From an uncultured Phycisphaeraceae bacterium (GTDB taxonomy: Bacteria; Planctomycetota; Phycisphaerae; Phycisphaerales; Zrk34): a stretch of DNA of 64,000 nucleotides. Shown here piece by piece: positions 1 to 9,247 of the stretch (position 1 is the stretch's first letter; each line of letters starts with the position of its first letter). A program made the translations under genes and the position numbers. The notes beneath the pieces were generated by a model, which had not been told where the DNA came from, ran no database searches, and saw only the letters and a list, made by a program, of their open reading frames with translations. The stretch covers positions 26,233 to 90,232 of the forward strand of contig CALOAZ010000099.1 in NCBI GenBank assembly GCA_942491355.1. Reading direction: 5' to 3'.

Positions 1-1615
1 CCCGCCTCTTCTTGCACGAACACGACAGGCAGAAACACCGCGACGGTCGTCAGCGTCGAGGCAATGACGGCCCCCCACACCTCTTGCGTTCCCTTGACGG
101 CCGCCACGAAAGGCGGTTCCCCGAGGCTGTTGCGGCGAAAAATATTCTCCAGTACGACCACGGCGTTGTCGACCAGCATGCCCACGGCGAACGCCAAACC
201 GGCCAGACTGATCACGTTCAAAGAACGACCCAACATGCCGAGCATCAGGAACGTCCCCACGATGCTGGTAGGAATGGCCAGCCCGACGACGAGGGCACCG
301 CGGGCAAACCAGAAACCGCTCCGATGACGATGAGCCAGGCAGGCCACAAAAAACCACGGTGAAACATACGCGGCGGCCACGGCCGTCACGACGATCAAGG
401 GGATGGCGAACAACGTTCGCACGCCCAGATGCAGGAACAACATCAGCACGATCATGGTCAGCGCGCCGCCGATGAAGATGTTCTGCTGCACGAGGTTGAT
501 CGACGAGTAGATGTATTCGGTTTCGTCGTAGACCTGCATCAGCTGCAATCCCCGCCGCTTGAGCAGTCCCTCGTCCAACTCGCGGGTGGCTTGACGCAAC
601 CCCTCCATGACATCGAGCACGTTGCTGCCCGTCTCGCGCAAGCAGTTTAGCGCAATGCTCGATTCACCGAAGCGGCGCACCAAACCATCGGGCTTCTTGT
701 GTCCCAAGCGCACTTCGGCCACATCACGGACGAAAACAGGGGCGCCGTCACGCACGGCCAGCAACTGGTTCTCAACCTGCGCGGGATCGCGAAACTGTCC
801 CAGGGCCCGTACGACCCACCGGCGTTTGCCTTCCCAGAAATCGCCGGCCGACGTGTCTTCGTTCTGTGCGTTGAGCACGCGCCGCACGTCGCTGAGCGTT
901 AAGCCCCGCGCCGCGAGCTTCTCCGGATCGACGATCACCTGCAGTTCGTCCTCCAGACCACCGATCACGTTGGACTGGGAGACGCCGGGCACGCGTTCGA
1001 AACGGGCTTCGATTTCGTCTTCGGCGAAGCGCCGCAGCTTGGTGACGTCCAGATCCGGCGGCAGCAGTTCGTCGAACTCGGGATGCTCCTTGGCGAGCAA
1101 CCGCAACCGGAGCATGGCCAGGCCCACATTGTGCGACTCGCGAACCGTTTCGCGATTGTTCGGCCAGTTCGGGATGGCGCGGCGAACTCGTCCAGTTCTG
1201 CCGGGCGTGGGTCGCGAGCGCTGAGGATGAACCAGGCAATCGGACGGTCCGACGCATTGGAGGTGCTGATGACCGGCTGATCCGCGTCCTCGGGGTATTC
1301 GCGAACCTGCTGCAAACGGCTGTTGACCTTCAGCAGCGCCTCTTCCATGTTGGTGCCGACGAGGAACTCGAGCGTGATCGTGCCGCGGGAATCGGCGCTT
1401 TCCGAGGTCATCTTCGTGATGCCCTCGACGCTCTTGAGCTGCTCCTCCTGCTCGATCATGATCTCCTGCTCAACTTCCTGAGGGCTCGCGCCGGGCCACC
1501 GTGTTTCGACCGTGATGGTGGGCGTCTGGACTTCGGGTGTCAGCTGCATCGGCATAGAGAGCACGCCGACGGTGACCTTCACGGGATTCCGCACAAAGGC
1601 GTCAACCAGTTGCAT
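1..1615 (-). pseudogene. RND (AcrB/HAE1-type) efflux permease, N-terminal part, runs off the window at position 1. The reading frame changes near 1180-1190.
   Basis: ORF 965..1615 begins 'MQLVDAFVRNPVKVTVG...TITVETRWPGASPQEVEQE', a typical RND N-terminus, and degenerates after '...PAELDEFAA'. My translation of the neighbouring minus frame from about 1178 to 1 is open. It reads '...KLRRFAEDEIEARFERVPGVSQSNVIGGLEDELQVIVDPEKLAARGLTLSDV...LAGLAFAVGMLVDNAVVVLENI', so the same protein continues in another frame. Confidence 0.8.
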
Positions 1616-1806
1616 ACGGCTCAGGGGTTCGTGGTTAGGTGTCTCGGGGATGGCAGCGGCCGTGGAGGACGCCCCACGGGGGGCGTGCCATGGAGGAGGG
1701 ATTGGCCCCTCGCAAAAGCTCGCGGCGTCCTACCCAAGTGCAATTCAAGACCGGGTGGTGGCCCGCGGTGACCGCGGTTTCCCCGCTCAGGTGAACATCT
1801 CGTGAT

Positions 1807-3220
1807 TCACGGTGCCTGTCCCCCCGGCGATTTGAAGTCAGAGTCCAGAAGTTGTGCAACGGTGACTTCCTGTCCGGGACGCAGTCGTTCATTGCCCATG
1901 ACGACCAACAGCTGTCCTTCTTCAATCCCTCCCTCGACGGCAATCAGCTTCTGATCAGCGACGCCCAGCTTAACGGGGATCGGTTGGACGATCCCCGTCG
2001 CGTTATTATCTGCGTTCGGTTGAATCACGAAAACCGCAGGTTGTGGCCCTCCCATGACCAGGGCATCCTTCGGCACCAGCAACGCTTGCTGAGCTGGACC
2101 TCTCGGCAGGTGAACGCGCGCTAACCTGCCGGATTTGAGGAGCGGAGTGTCATCCTCGATGATGTTTCTTACCCGGACGATCACGGGAAACGTGCGGGCA
2201 CGTTCATCAGCCTGGGGCACGACATTGGCCACTCGTTCCCAGCCCGGAAAAATCACGGTTTGCCAACGCGGGAATTTCCACAGCAACTTCCGCGCCGATC
2301 GTCACAAAGGCAATACTCTGTTCGACGACGTATGTGATCACTTCAACCTCGTCCAGCGCCGCCACCTCCACCAGGGGATCACCCTGTTTGACCCGCCGCC
2401 GATTTCCGTAAACTCCGCCGTGGACGAAGCCTCCGAGAACGCGAGATCAGCGCGTGTGTTCCAAGAGTCGATCCCCTGCAGCAGCTGCACGACTGCCTGC
2501 TGCATGGCCACGCGAAGGGCATGCCATTCAATTTGCTCTCGTCAGGGCCCGGCGAGGGCCAGTCTGGTGTCCGCAAACGGATTTTCCGTAAGCCTGCTCA
2601 GCTGCCACCGCGGCACGAGATGGCCCCTCCTCCAGGGCGTCCCTCGGCCGATGTGGCCTGGCCCCGTAGCGGTAAGCCCCGGCGCAGAGACTCTCCGAGA
2701 CTGGTATTCGGCGTGCGCTTTCAGTCGAGCATCTCTGCCTTGGCACGTGCCTTCTCCTCAGGACGCGTGCCGTTTTCCAGCTCACATGCCAATTCAGATT
2801 GCTTCAGTTCAATTCCTGATTCCGCCCTGAGCAGTTCGAGTTCGATCGTCTCGGTCAAAAGCCGCGCCCCAGCGGCTGCCCTGCTCGACGTTCGCCCAGC
2901 CCGTTGACGTGAAACTCCGCCACGCGGCCGTCGGCCGACCGCGCTGCCGAATCGTCGCGGTTTTCAGCGACCGCACCGTTCTTGGCGATACGGATCGCGA
3001 GGCTGTACCATGTTGACCACGCGGGTAGCCACTACGGGCGCTGGCGGCATGTTGGGGCGGTTGTGCAGGAAGCTCCCGCGAGCCCTCTACCGAGGAAAAC
3101 GCGAAGGCCTTCCCGCACGTGACGACGGGGGCGTGACGTGTCAGCCTCCCCCGCGTTGCGGACGCCGGCGGTTCGGACCGCCCTCGCGAACGATGCCGCC
3201 TCGCCGACTGACATGGCCAC
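1807..3220 (-). pseudogene. RND periplasmic adaptor (HlyD/MFP family) with several frame breaks and an in-frame stop. The 5' limit is uncertain.
   Basis: Intact C-terminal ORF 1807..2286 ('...ANVVPQADERARTFPVIVRV...VPKDALV...VKLGV'). Upstream pieces of the same protein sit in other minus frames: 'GRVKQGDPLVEVAALDEVEVITYVVEQSIAFVTIGAEVAVEIP' (about 2270-2400) and the coiled-coil piece 'LLTETIELELLRAESGIELKQSELACELENGTRPEEKARAKAEMLD' (about 2724-2862). A TGA lies at 2447-2449 inside 'LEHTR*SRVLGGFVHGG'. Confidence 0.6.
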
Positions 3221-3658
3221 CTCCGGGAGTCAGCCTTCTCAAGAGATGTATCTGGGGAATCGTGACATGCGGGAAATTCTGGTTGTCGAGGCACGGACAG
3301 CCCCGGCCCTGCTGACGCCTGAAGTCTCGCATTATAGTCCACGTGGTTCCGCACGCGTCTCGTAATTTTCAGCCCCGTCGGCTTTTGATGTTGCGCACTT
3401 GCGTAGGACGAATTGGCCAGGTCGTTCAACGCTTTCCATTTTGCGGCCGATTGCCAACGACATGGTGAATCGTCGCATCGCCAGGACGGATTACCCCATC
3501 CGTGGGAAATTTCCTGGGCGAACCACGAGCTTTTGGGGAGGGGGCCAATCCGTCCTTCGCATCGATCGAAGAAGCTGCAACTTCAGAAGTCTGGGTGGAA
3601 GGTCGTGAAATCCGCTCATTCCGTCACGATCCGGCGGAAAACGGAGCCAAAACGGGCA

Positions 3659-4794
3659 CTATAGGGCCAGGGATGAGTCGGTGCTGGCCAGACTGCACAT
3701 GGCCGATGTTTTCAGCCCGGTGACCAACAGCAGCACCGCCAGTGCCCGCCACCTACGGCGAAGCGACATTGCGTCGGCGGCGGGCACAAGTGCCACTAAC
3801 CACAAGAGGATCAACCAGAACATCCAGCGAAATCCGCAGGTCATTCCCCCGGTAAGGGCGATCGCCGAGCGGCCCGAAGCCAATGAAGAATACGAAGCAC
3901 CGATCGTCAGCCCCGCGATCGGTGATGCCGCCGCCGCGCACCACTGCCGCCGCGTCCCCCGAAGCTGTGTCCCGCTGCGGCACGGGAGCAACCAGATCGG
4001 CGTCAGAAAGACCTCACAGATGCCCGGCGATCATTACGTGGATCCCCCCAGATCAGCTTGAGGGCTCCCCGCGATCCACGCCGCGACGATTTTCAGGTAG
4101 CCAGTAGCTGTTATCGTACACGTACCAGTTGTCACCGCGCCAATCCTCACCCTCGGCCCGGTGGGCGTACGGCAGTCGCCAGCTGTCGTGTGCCAGGTGG
4201 TTGGTGAAAAAGAACGCTGCAGCGACCAGGAGGACAGGTAGCAAAAACCACCGGAGCGTCCGGGAAGCGCGCTTACCATAACAGGCCCCCTCCCCGACGC
4301 CGCGAGAAACGCCGCGCCGCGGAGGTTCATTCGCTGTCGCGGCTGCGGCCGGCTAGTCCCGCCACCGCGAACAGACCGCCCCCGCGGGCCCGTCGTACCA
4401 AATCCGTGCGCTTGCGTCATGGGCCACCATTGCCGCAGCGGCTGCGGGCAGATGATTATTGATGACCATGCCAAAGGTGGGCTGAAAGGGTGCTCCCGTG
4501 CTGCACGCCATGACCTCCGTCTGACCTCAGGAGTTAGCCGAACCCCAGCGGCGGACACTCAGCCACGGCAATCCAGAGCAATGCCAACAGGGTTCCGTTC
4601 GTCAACAGCATCAACCGTCCGACGCGAAACGGGTACTCGGTGCCAGTGTCCAGCCCCGTGAGCTGTTTGATGACCCAGTAAACGCCGTGGCAACACGGCA
4701 GTGCGATAGAGGGGCGGTTACTGGAATAAAGTGCTGTGACCGTCTCGTCCTCGTGAGAACACCTTGTCAATCGAATTCCAGCTCTTGTCCGCAA
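3659..4794 (-). other. Fragmented membrane-protein coding remnants, possibly an ArnT/PMT-like (GT39/GT83) glycosyltransferase
   Basis: Short minus-strand ORFs in different frames have protein-like hydrophobic stretches. Examples are 4534..4794 ('HGVYWVIKQLTGLDTGTEYPFRVGRLMLLTNGTLLALLWIAVAE', like the first loop and TM region of ArnT-type enzymes), 4053..4244 ('LPVLLVAAAFFFTNHLAHDSW...') and 3659..3991 ('FRWMFWLILLWLVALVPAA'). No continuous ORF exists. Confidence 0.3.
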
Positions 4795-4802
4795 TCACGT
4801 TA

Positions 4803-5379
4803 TCAATTTCGTAGGTGCCTTCGTCCACGAGTACTCGAGACGTACACCAGCGACTGCGATCGTCTGGCTCCCAGGAAGGGCAGGTCACCGCGGGCGTTCG
4901 TCACTTCCAACAGGATGCGGACGGCCAGCATGATAAAGGCAAACGTTACCAGTGCCGAAACAACGCGCCCGTTGCCAAGGCGATTGCACCGTGTTGGTCC
5001 GTCATGACAGTTCCGCCGGTCGCGGCTTTCAGGTAGCGGTTCGAAAGCCGTCACGTTGGCGGCCTGGGAGACGCTTCCTGGAGTTGAACGCGAGCGGCGC
5101 ACCGTGGATCCGCCGCCGCCATCCATGCGTGCAGATCCCCGCCCGCTCGAGGATGGAGTACGGCGCCCGGACGGTGCGGCCGTTACCGTGATCAGCTCCG
5201 CCAGAAAACCCACCGCCATGAACTGTGAGCCTAACAGCAACGCGGCCAGGGAGAGTAGAAGAACAAGGCCCGCTGGTGCAAGTGGACCGGCTCCCAGCCG
5301 AGCAAGGCGCGGACAAAAAGGCCACCACCCCGGTGTCAACGTGGTAATTCCCACCGGAACCTGCCACGAAGCCGATCAA
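4803..5379 (-). pseudogene. C-terminal remnant of a GT2 (ArnC/GtrB-like) polyprenyl-phosphate glycosyltransferase, 5'-truncated and frame-shifted
   Basis: One minus frame reads 'TPGWW...LVLLLSLAALLLGSQFMAVGFLAELIT' and another continues 'GRTVRAPYSILER'. Together these resemble the PGW...G.Q...G..GEY..R....RP.Y tail of GT2 enzymes. No catalytic domain lies upstream because the Fic remnant abuts at about 5380-5395. Confidence 0.35.
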
Positions 5380-6066
5380 CCCGATCGACGAGCGGTTCGC
5401 CCGTTGCCATCTGGATATTTATGAATCCATGCCAGATACAAGTGAGCAATAACGGCTTTTATGATTCCAACGCCAACACTATTTAATCCCTCTTGATGAA
5501 TACCGAGATCATCATTAAGCCAATCGATTAATCGGCCAACCAGGTAATTACAATCCTCTCTTGGCACAGCCCTGTATCCACCAACAGTCAGCGGTCGGCT
5601 AGAAACACAACCCGCCATCTCTCCCTCAAGCGGAATTCCATCAAGCACCAATTCATTGAATATGTCGAATTGTCGATCTGGTATTTGAAATACAGAAGCG
5701 GCGTCATTAAAAACCTGCTTCACAATTTTGCCGCAGGCCGCCGTTATATTTTGTACTTCTTTTTCTAGATACTTTTGGGGAGTCCGGAAGCTCTAGCTGG
5801 TTCTGTATACTCTTTTCTACGTCGTCTTCGCTTAACGTATTTCCCTCAATCGCAGTTGTCGCCCTCACCCCCTTGGCCAGATAAAGATAATGCATCTTTC
5901 TGGCATGCTTAGGCTTCAACGGGACCCCAGACAAATGCTCAACTTTTGATTGGCACTCGCCCAGCATTATCCAGAATTTATGAGAGGCCAATGTTAAATC
6001 CAGTCGAAAATCAACATGCGGATGCGTCCTCTCATATGGCCTTATAAGTGTCCCTGATGCTGTCAT
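5376..6066 (-). pseudogene. Fic/DOC-family (AMPylase-type) gene with one frameshift and a truncated 3' end
   Basis: ORF 5707..6066 carries the N-terminal inhibitory-helix-like motif 'TTAIEGNTLSE'. ORF 5376..5723 carries the Fic core 'HKYPDGNGRTAR'. The two join in different frames at the short A/T run 5773-5776 ('...ELPDSPK' then 'KYLEKEVQNITAACGKIVKQVFND'). The ORF stops 4 codons after the Fic motif, where composition switches from AT-rich to GC-rich. Confidence 0.75.
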
Positions 6067-6171
6067 TGCAACCCCTTTATATAAAACATATTGCAGATAT
6101 CAACCTGCTTTATGATCGCCATCTGTGTCCACAATTATACCACATATCCATGGTTTTTCTGATCTTTTTTA

Positions 6172-6199
6172 TTGACACTGATGTTGCGTCATGTATAAT
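6172..6199 (+). promoter_or_regulatory. Consensus sigma-70-like promoter upstream of the transposase
   Basis: TTGACA (6172-6177), a 16-nt spacer, then TATAAT (6194-6199), 21 nt upstream of the ATG at 6220. Confidence 0.45.
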
Positions 6200-6219
6200 G
6201 ATCGTGTCAGGAGCGAAGC

Positions 6220-7185
6220 ATGGCCAAAGAACAAGCAAAAGTAGCCGAGAACAAAAGCGACATAGTGCGTGAAATACCAATGGCTTGCGCCGATGAATCC
6301 GCAGCCGTTGAGTTCATGGAAAAACAGCGGTGGGGCGATACGCCGTGCTGCCCGCACTGTGGCGACACCGACGTTTACCAGATGAAGGACCAGCGAACCG
6401 GCGAGCGGAACAAGCGGCACCTGTGGCGCTGCAAGGGCTGCAACAAGCAGTACACCGTTCGGATCGGCACCGTTCTGGAAGACAGCCGCATCCCGCTCCG
6501 GCACTGGTGCTACGCCTTCTGGCGTGCCTGCACATCCAAGAAGGGTGTCTCGGCTCTGGAGATCCAGCGCCAGACCGGCCTGAGCTATAAGTCGGCCTTG
6601 TTCCTGATGCACCGCATCCGCTTTGCGATGTCCGAAATGGCCGGACCCGCAGACCGCTTCGACGGGACGGTTGAGGTCGATGAGACTTTCGTCGGCGGCA
6701 AGCCCCGCTACGTGGGGCGGGGCAACCGCGAAAGCTGGACCCGCAAGACGCCGGTCGTTGCCGTGGTTCAGCGTGAGGGAAAATGCCGCGTCCGCGTGTG
6801 CCCTGATGTCACGGCCAAGAACGTGCGTCGCATCATCCGCGATCATGTGGCCCATTCCGCCCGTGTGATGACCGACGAATCATCGATCTACAACGACTTG
6901 GGTTATCCCTTCGAGGGCGGGCACCACACCGTGAATCACCGACGCCGCGAGTACGTTCGTGGTGAGGTCACGACGAACACGGTCGAAGGGTTTTTCAGTC
7001 TGATCAAGCGCGGCATCTACGGCGTTTATCACAACGTCAGCAAGATCCACCTGCACCGATACATGTCGGAATTCGAGTTCCGCTACAACACACGCAAAAT
7101 GGAGGACGGCGCACGGACGGTCGAAGCCATCAAGGGCGCTATCGGAAAGCGATTGATGTACCGGCGTCCACCAGCAACGGCGTGA
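6220..7185 (+). CDS. IS1595-family transposase (N-terminal zinc ribbon plus DDE domain)
   Basis: 'CCPHCG...WRCKGCNKQYTV' zinc ribbon, 'VEVDETFVGGK', '...TDESSIYNDL...HHTVNH...TNTVEGFFSLIKRGIYGVYHNVSKIHLHRYMSEFEFRYNTR'. These are the characteristic ISXO2-like/IS1595 blocks. Confidence 0.88.
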   Translation: MAKEQAKVAENKSDIVREIPMACADESAAVEFMEKQRWGDTPCCPHCGDTDVYQMKDQRTGERNKRHLWRCKGCNKQYTVRIGTVLEDSRIPLRHWCYAFWRACTSKKGVSALEIQRQTGLSYKSALFLMHRIRFAMSEMAGPADRFDGTVEVDETFVGGKPRYVGRGNRESWTRKTPVVAVVQREGKCRVRVCPDVTAKNVRRIIRDHVAHSARVMTDESSIYNDLGYPFEGGHHTVNHRRREYVRGEVTTNTVEGFFSLIKRGIYGVYHNVSKIHLHRYMSEFEFRYNTRKMEDGARTVEAIKGAIGKRLMYRRPPATA

Positions 7186-7269
7186 GCGATCACGCCCGTC
7201 TGTATAATCAGTTCGATACCCTGCTGCATCCGCGCGAGCCGGAGCAGCTATTATTGTTTGAGACCAGCT

Positions 7270-7452
7270 ATGAGCGAAAACAAGCCAAAAAAAGATGGCA
7301 AAGACAAAAAGCCCGGGCCAGACGAAGAAAGGCTCAAGCTTGATGGTGTCGATTGGGAAGATGCGATTGGCCACGCGCTCAAAAAGAAGCGCCCGGCTGA
7401 TGGCTGGCCAAAGAAAAGCGAAGAATCAGAAGACGAGAAGGACGGCGATTAA
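7270..7452 (+). CDS. Small highly charged (Lys/Asp/Glu-rich) hypothetical protein
   Basis: ATG at 7270 ('MSENKPKKDGKDKKPGPDEERLKLDGVDWEDAIGHALKKKRPADGWPKKSEESEDEKDGD'). No clear RBS and no recognised domain. Confidence 0.3.
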   Translation: MSENKPKKDGKDKKPGPDEERLKLDGVDWEDAIGHALKKKRPADGWPKKSEESEDEKDGD

Positions 7453-7616
7453 CCCACCTTTTCCCGCATGGTCCCACAAAATCCCACTTCTTGCGTTAGG
7501 TACATACTTCCGAGACGTCGCGGAAATGCGTGAGGTGCGTCACATCAGAACGTTATGCAGACAAATGCCGTTGTTAAAGTGGTTCCTGCTCACAAGGCTT
7601 TTCATAGGAGTATGCC

Positions 7617-8042
7617 GTGGACAAAATCACATTGATAAACAATCTCAACAAAGATCTGGCTGGTGAATTGGGGGCCATTGTTCAATACATCACGTATGCC
7701 GCCAAAGTCACTGGTCCCTATCGTCCTCAATTGACACAGTTCTTTCTCGCTGAAGTTGCAGACGAACAACTGCACGCTCAATATTTGGCTAACAAAATCG
7801 TGGCATTGGGCGGAGAACCCACGACGACACCGCGCCCCGTACCTGTGGCAAAATCAAACCTTGAAATGCTTAAAGCGGTTCTGACTGCGGAAAAACAGGC
7901 AACCGAAGATTATTCTCGGCGCGCAAAAGAAGCCGACGCGTTTGGCGACAAGGGTCTATGTGTTCAATTGGAAGATATGGTCCGAGATGAGAGTGGGCAC
8001 GCCGATGAAACCGAGCGAATATTGCGAGATTGGCCTCTCTGA
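7617..8042 (+). CDS. Ferritin-like / bacterioferritin-like (DPS-like) di-iron protein
   Basis: 'INNLNKDLAGELGAIVQY', 'EVADEQLHAQYLANKIVALGGEP' and 'DESGHADETERIL' parallel the bacterioferritin helices and the E..H metal ligands. GTG start with the 'AGGAG' RBS upstream. Confidence 0.7.
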   Translation: MDKITLINNLNKDLAGELGAIVQYITYAAKVTGPYRPQLTQFFLAEVADEQLHAQYLANKIVALGGEPTTTPRPVPVAKSNLEMLKAVLTAEKQATEDYSRRAKEADAFGDKGLCVQLEDMVRDESGHADETERILRDWPL

Positions 8043-8153
8043 GTGTTCGGCATAACTAGGTCCTGCTACGGACGCGCCTGGCCAGCTTCATCTCCATCGG
8101 TGCGCTGCATGCCGCAAAGCTGAAAGATGTTAGAACGTTAGAAGGATAGTAGA

Positions 8154-8732
8154 TCAGTAGATCAGCGAAACAGCCTGCTCGACTGTTTCGACGACTTGGC
8201 GCGCCGTGACCGGCTTGCGGAGACATGCCGAAAAACCGAAGCGCCCAAGCTGCTTGGCTTGTCCGTCGGTGAGCCGGGCGCTGAGGGTGATGATCTGAGT
8301 GCCCTGAAGTTCATCCGAAGCCTGCACATGACCGAGCATCCGCTGTGGATCGACATCGGCCAGATCCACATCCAGAAGCATGGCATGCGGACGGAATCGC
8401 TCGCACTCGATGCCGGCGGCAAAGCCCGAATCCACACGGCGCACCTCGTAGCCAGCTCCATGACTCAGTTCCTGTTCGAGTGCAGCAGCAAAGGCGGGAT
8501 CACCTTCCACGATCAGCACGCGTGTCCGGCCTGATTTCAGACCATCCATCGGAATCTCGTGCTGCTTCATGAATTGAATCAGGGCATTGAGCGGGATGCG
8601 CCGGTCTTTCGAGCCGGGAATGCGATATCCCTTGAGCTTGCCCGAATCAAACCACTTGCTCACGGTGCGAGGCGCCACATTGCAGAGCTCGGCGACCTCA
8701 CCTGTTGTCATTACGTCTTTGCGTCGAGCCAT
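8154..8732 (-). CDS. Response regulator with an N-terminal excisionase/MerR-type HTH and a C-terminal receiver domain
   Basis: 'MTTGEVAELCNVAPRTVSKWFDSGKLKGYRIPGSKDRRI' (HTH_17-like). The receiver has 'RVLIVEGD', the phospho-acceptor context 'MLLDVDL', 'IITLSA' and 'LRKP'. Confidence 0.8.
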   Translation of the reverse strand: MARRKDVMTTGEVAELCNVAPRTVSKWFDSGKLKGYRIPGSKDRRIPLNALIQFMKQHEIPMDGLKSGRTRVLIVEGDPAFAAALEQELSHGAGYEVRRVDSGFAAGIECERFRPHAMLLDVDLADVDPQRMLGHVQASDELQGTQIITLSARLTDGQAKQLGRFGFSACLRKPVTARQVVETVEQAVSLIY

Positions 8733-8941
8733 ACGCGTGTATCCCGAAAAAATTCGAACCGGTGGTTTAACCGGCCAAGGTTGATATCGGCTGGCCGCAG
8801 GGGGGGGTTAACCACGTCGCGAGAAATTTGAAAAAAATATCGGACTCCCGCTCTCTCGACGGGCGCACGGCAATCAGGGCTTTTCGAATCACAGGTTATC
8901 GGTCGCAAGATCATTACAATGGCCGCGATAAGGAGCTTTGC

Positions 8942-9247
8942 ATGCGTGTGATCGCTGATTTCTGTCTGGTGCCTCTTGGCGTGGGGGTTTCAGTCTCGCC
9001 CTACGTGGCCGCCTGCCAGAAAATCCTGCGCGAAGCGGGGCTGGATCACACGCTGCATGCGTACGGCACCAACATCGAAGGCGAATGGAATGCGGTCTTC
9101 GACGCCATTCGCCGATGCCATGACACGGTGCATGCCATGGGGGCCCCGCGCATCACCAGCACGCTGAAATTCGGCACACGCACGGATCGAGCGCAGACCA
9201 TGGACGACAAAATCAGCAGCGTGGTCGAAAAACAGGATCCGGCATGA
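8942..9247 (+). CDS. MTH1187/YkoF-family (DUF77, thiamine-binding-like) protein
   Basis: 'MRVIADFCLVPLGVGVSVSPYVAACQKILREAGLDHTLHAYGTNIEGEW..V...I..CH' is the typical family N-terminus. RBS 'AAGGAG' lies upstream of the ATG at 8942. Confidence 0.7.
   Translation: MRVIADFCLVPLGVGVSVSPYVAACQKILREAGLDHTLHAYGTNIEGEWNAVFDAIRRCHDTVHAMGAPRITSTLKFGTRTDRAQTMDDKISSVVEKQDPA

Larger units (their letters stand above)
6120..7260 (+). mobile_element. IS1595-family insertion sequence. Ends are approximate and terminal inverted repeats were not resolved.
   Basis: A single transposase ORF of the IS1595 type. The extent is guessed from the usual size of about 1-1.1 kb for such elements. I could not identify convincing terminal IRs or target duplications by eye. 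Confidence 0.4.

Noticed and set aside
6061-7270. Candidate terminal inverted repeats of the IS1595 element (ATTATAC and TGATCGC 7-mers on both sides; TGTATAAT on both sides).
   Set aside because: The matches are only 7-8 nt and are not arranged as inverted termini. TGTATAAT occurs in direct orientation, and on the left it is better explained as a -10 box.
8129-8164. Two pairs of tandem octamers (GTTAGAAC/GTTAGAAG and GTAGATCA/GTAGATCA) at the 3' end of the HTH-receiver gene.
   Set aside because: Only two copies of each are present. The second pair overlaps the last codons and the stop of the gene. This is too short to call a repeat element or binding-site array.
8733-8941. Possible TPP riboswitch upstream of the YkoF/MTH1187-family (thiamine-binding-like) gene.
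   Set aside because: I could not find the conserved CUGAGA and ACCUGAUCUGGAUAAUGCCAGCG-like elements. The region only contains a G8 run and no convincing THI-box.
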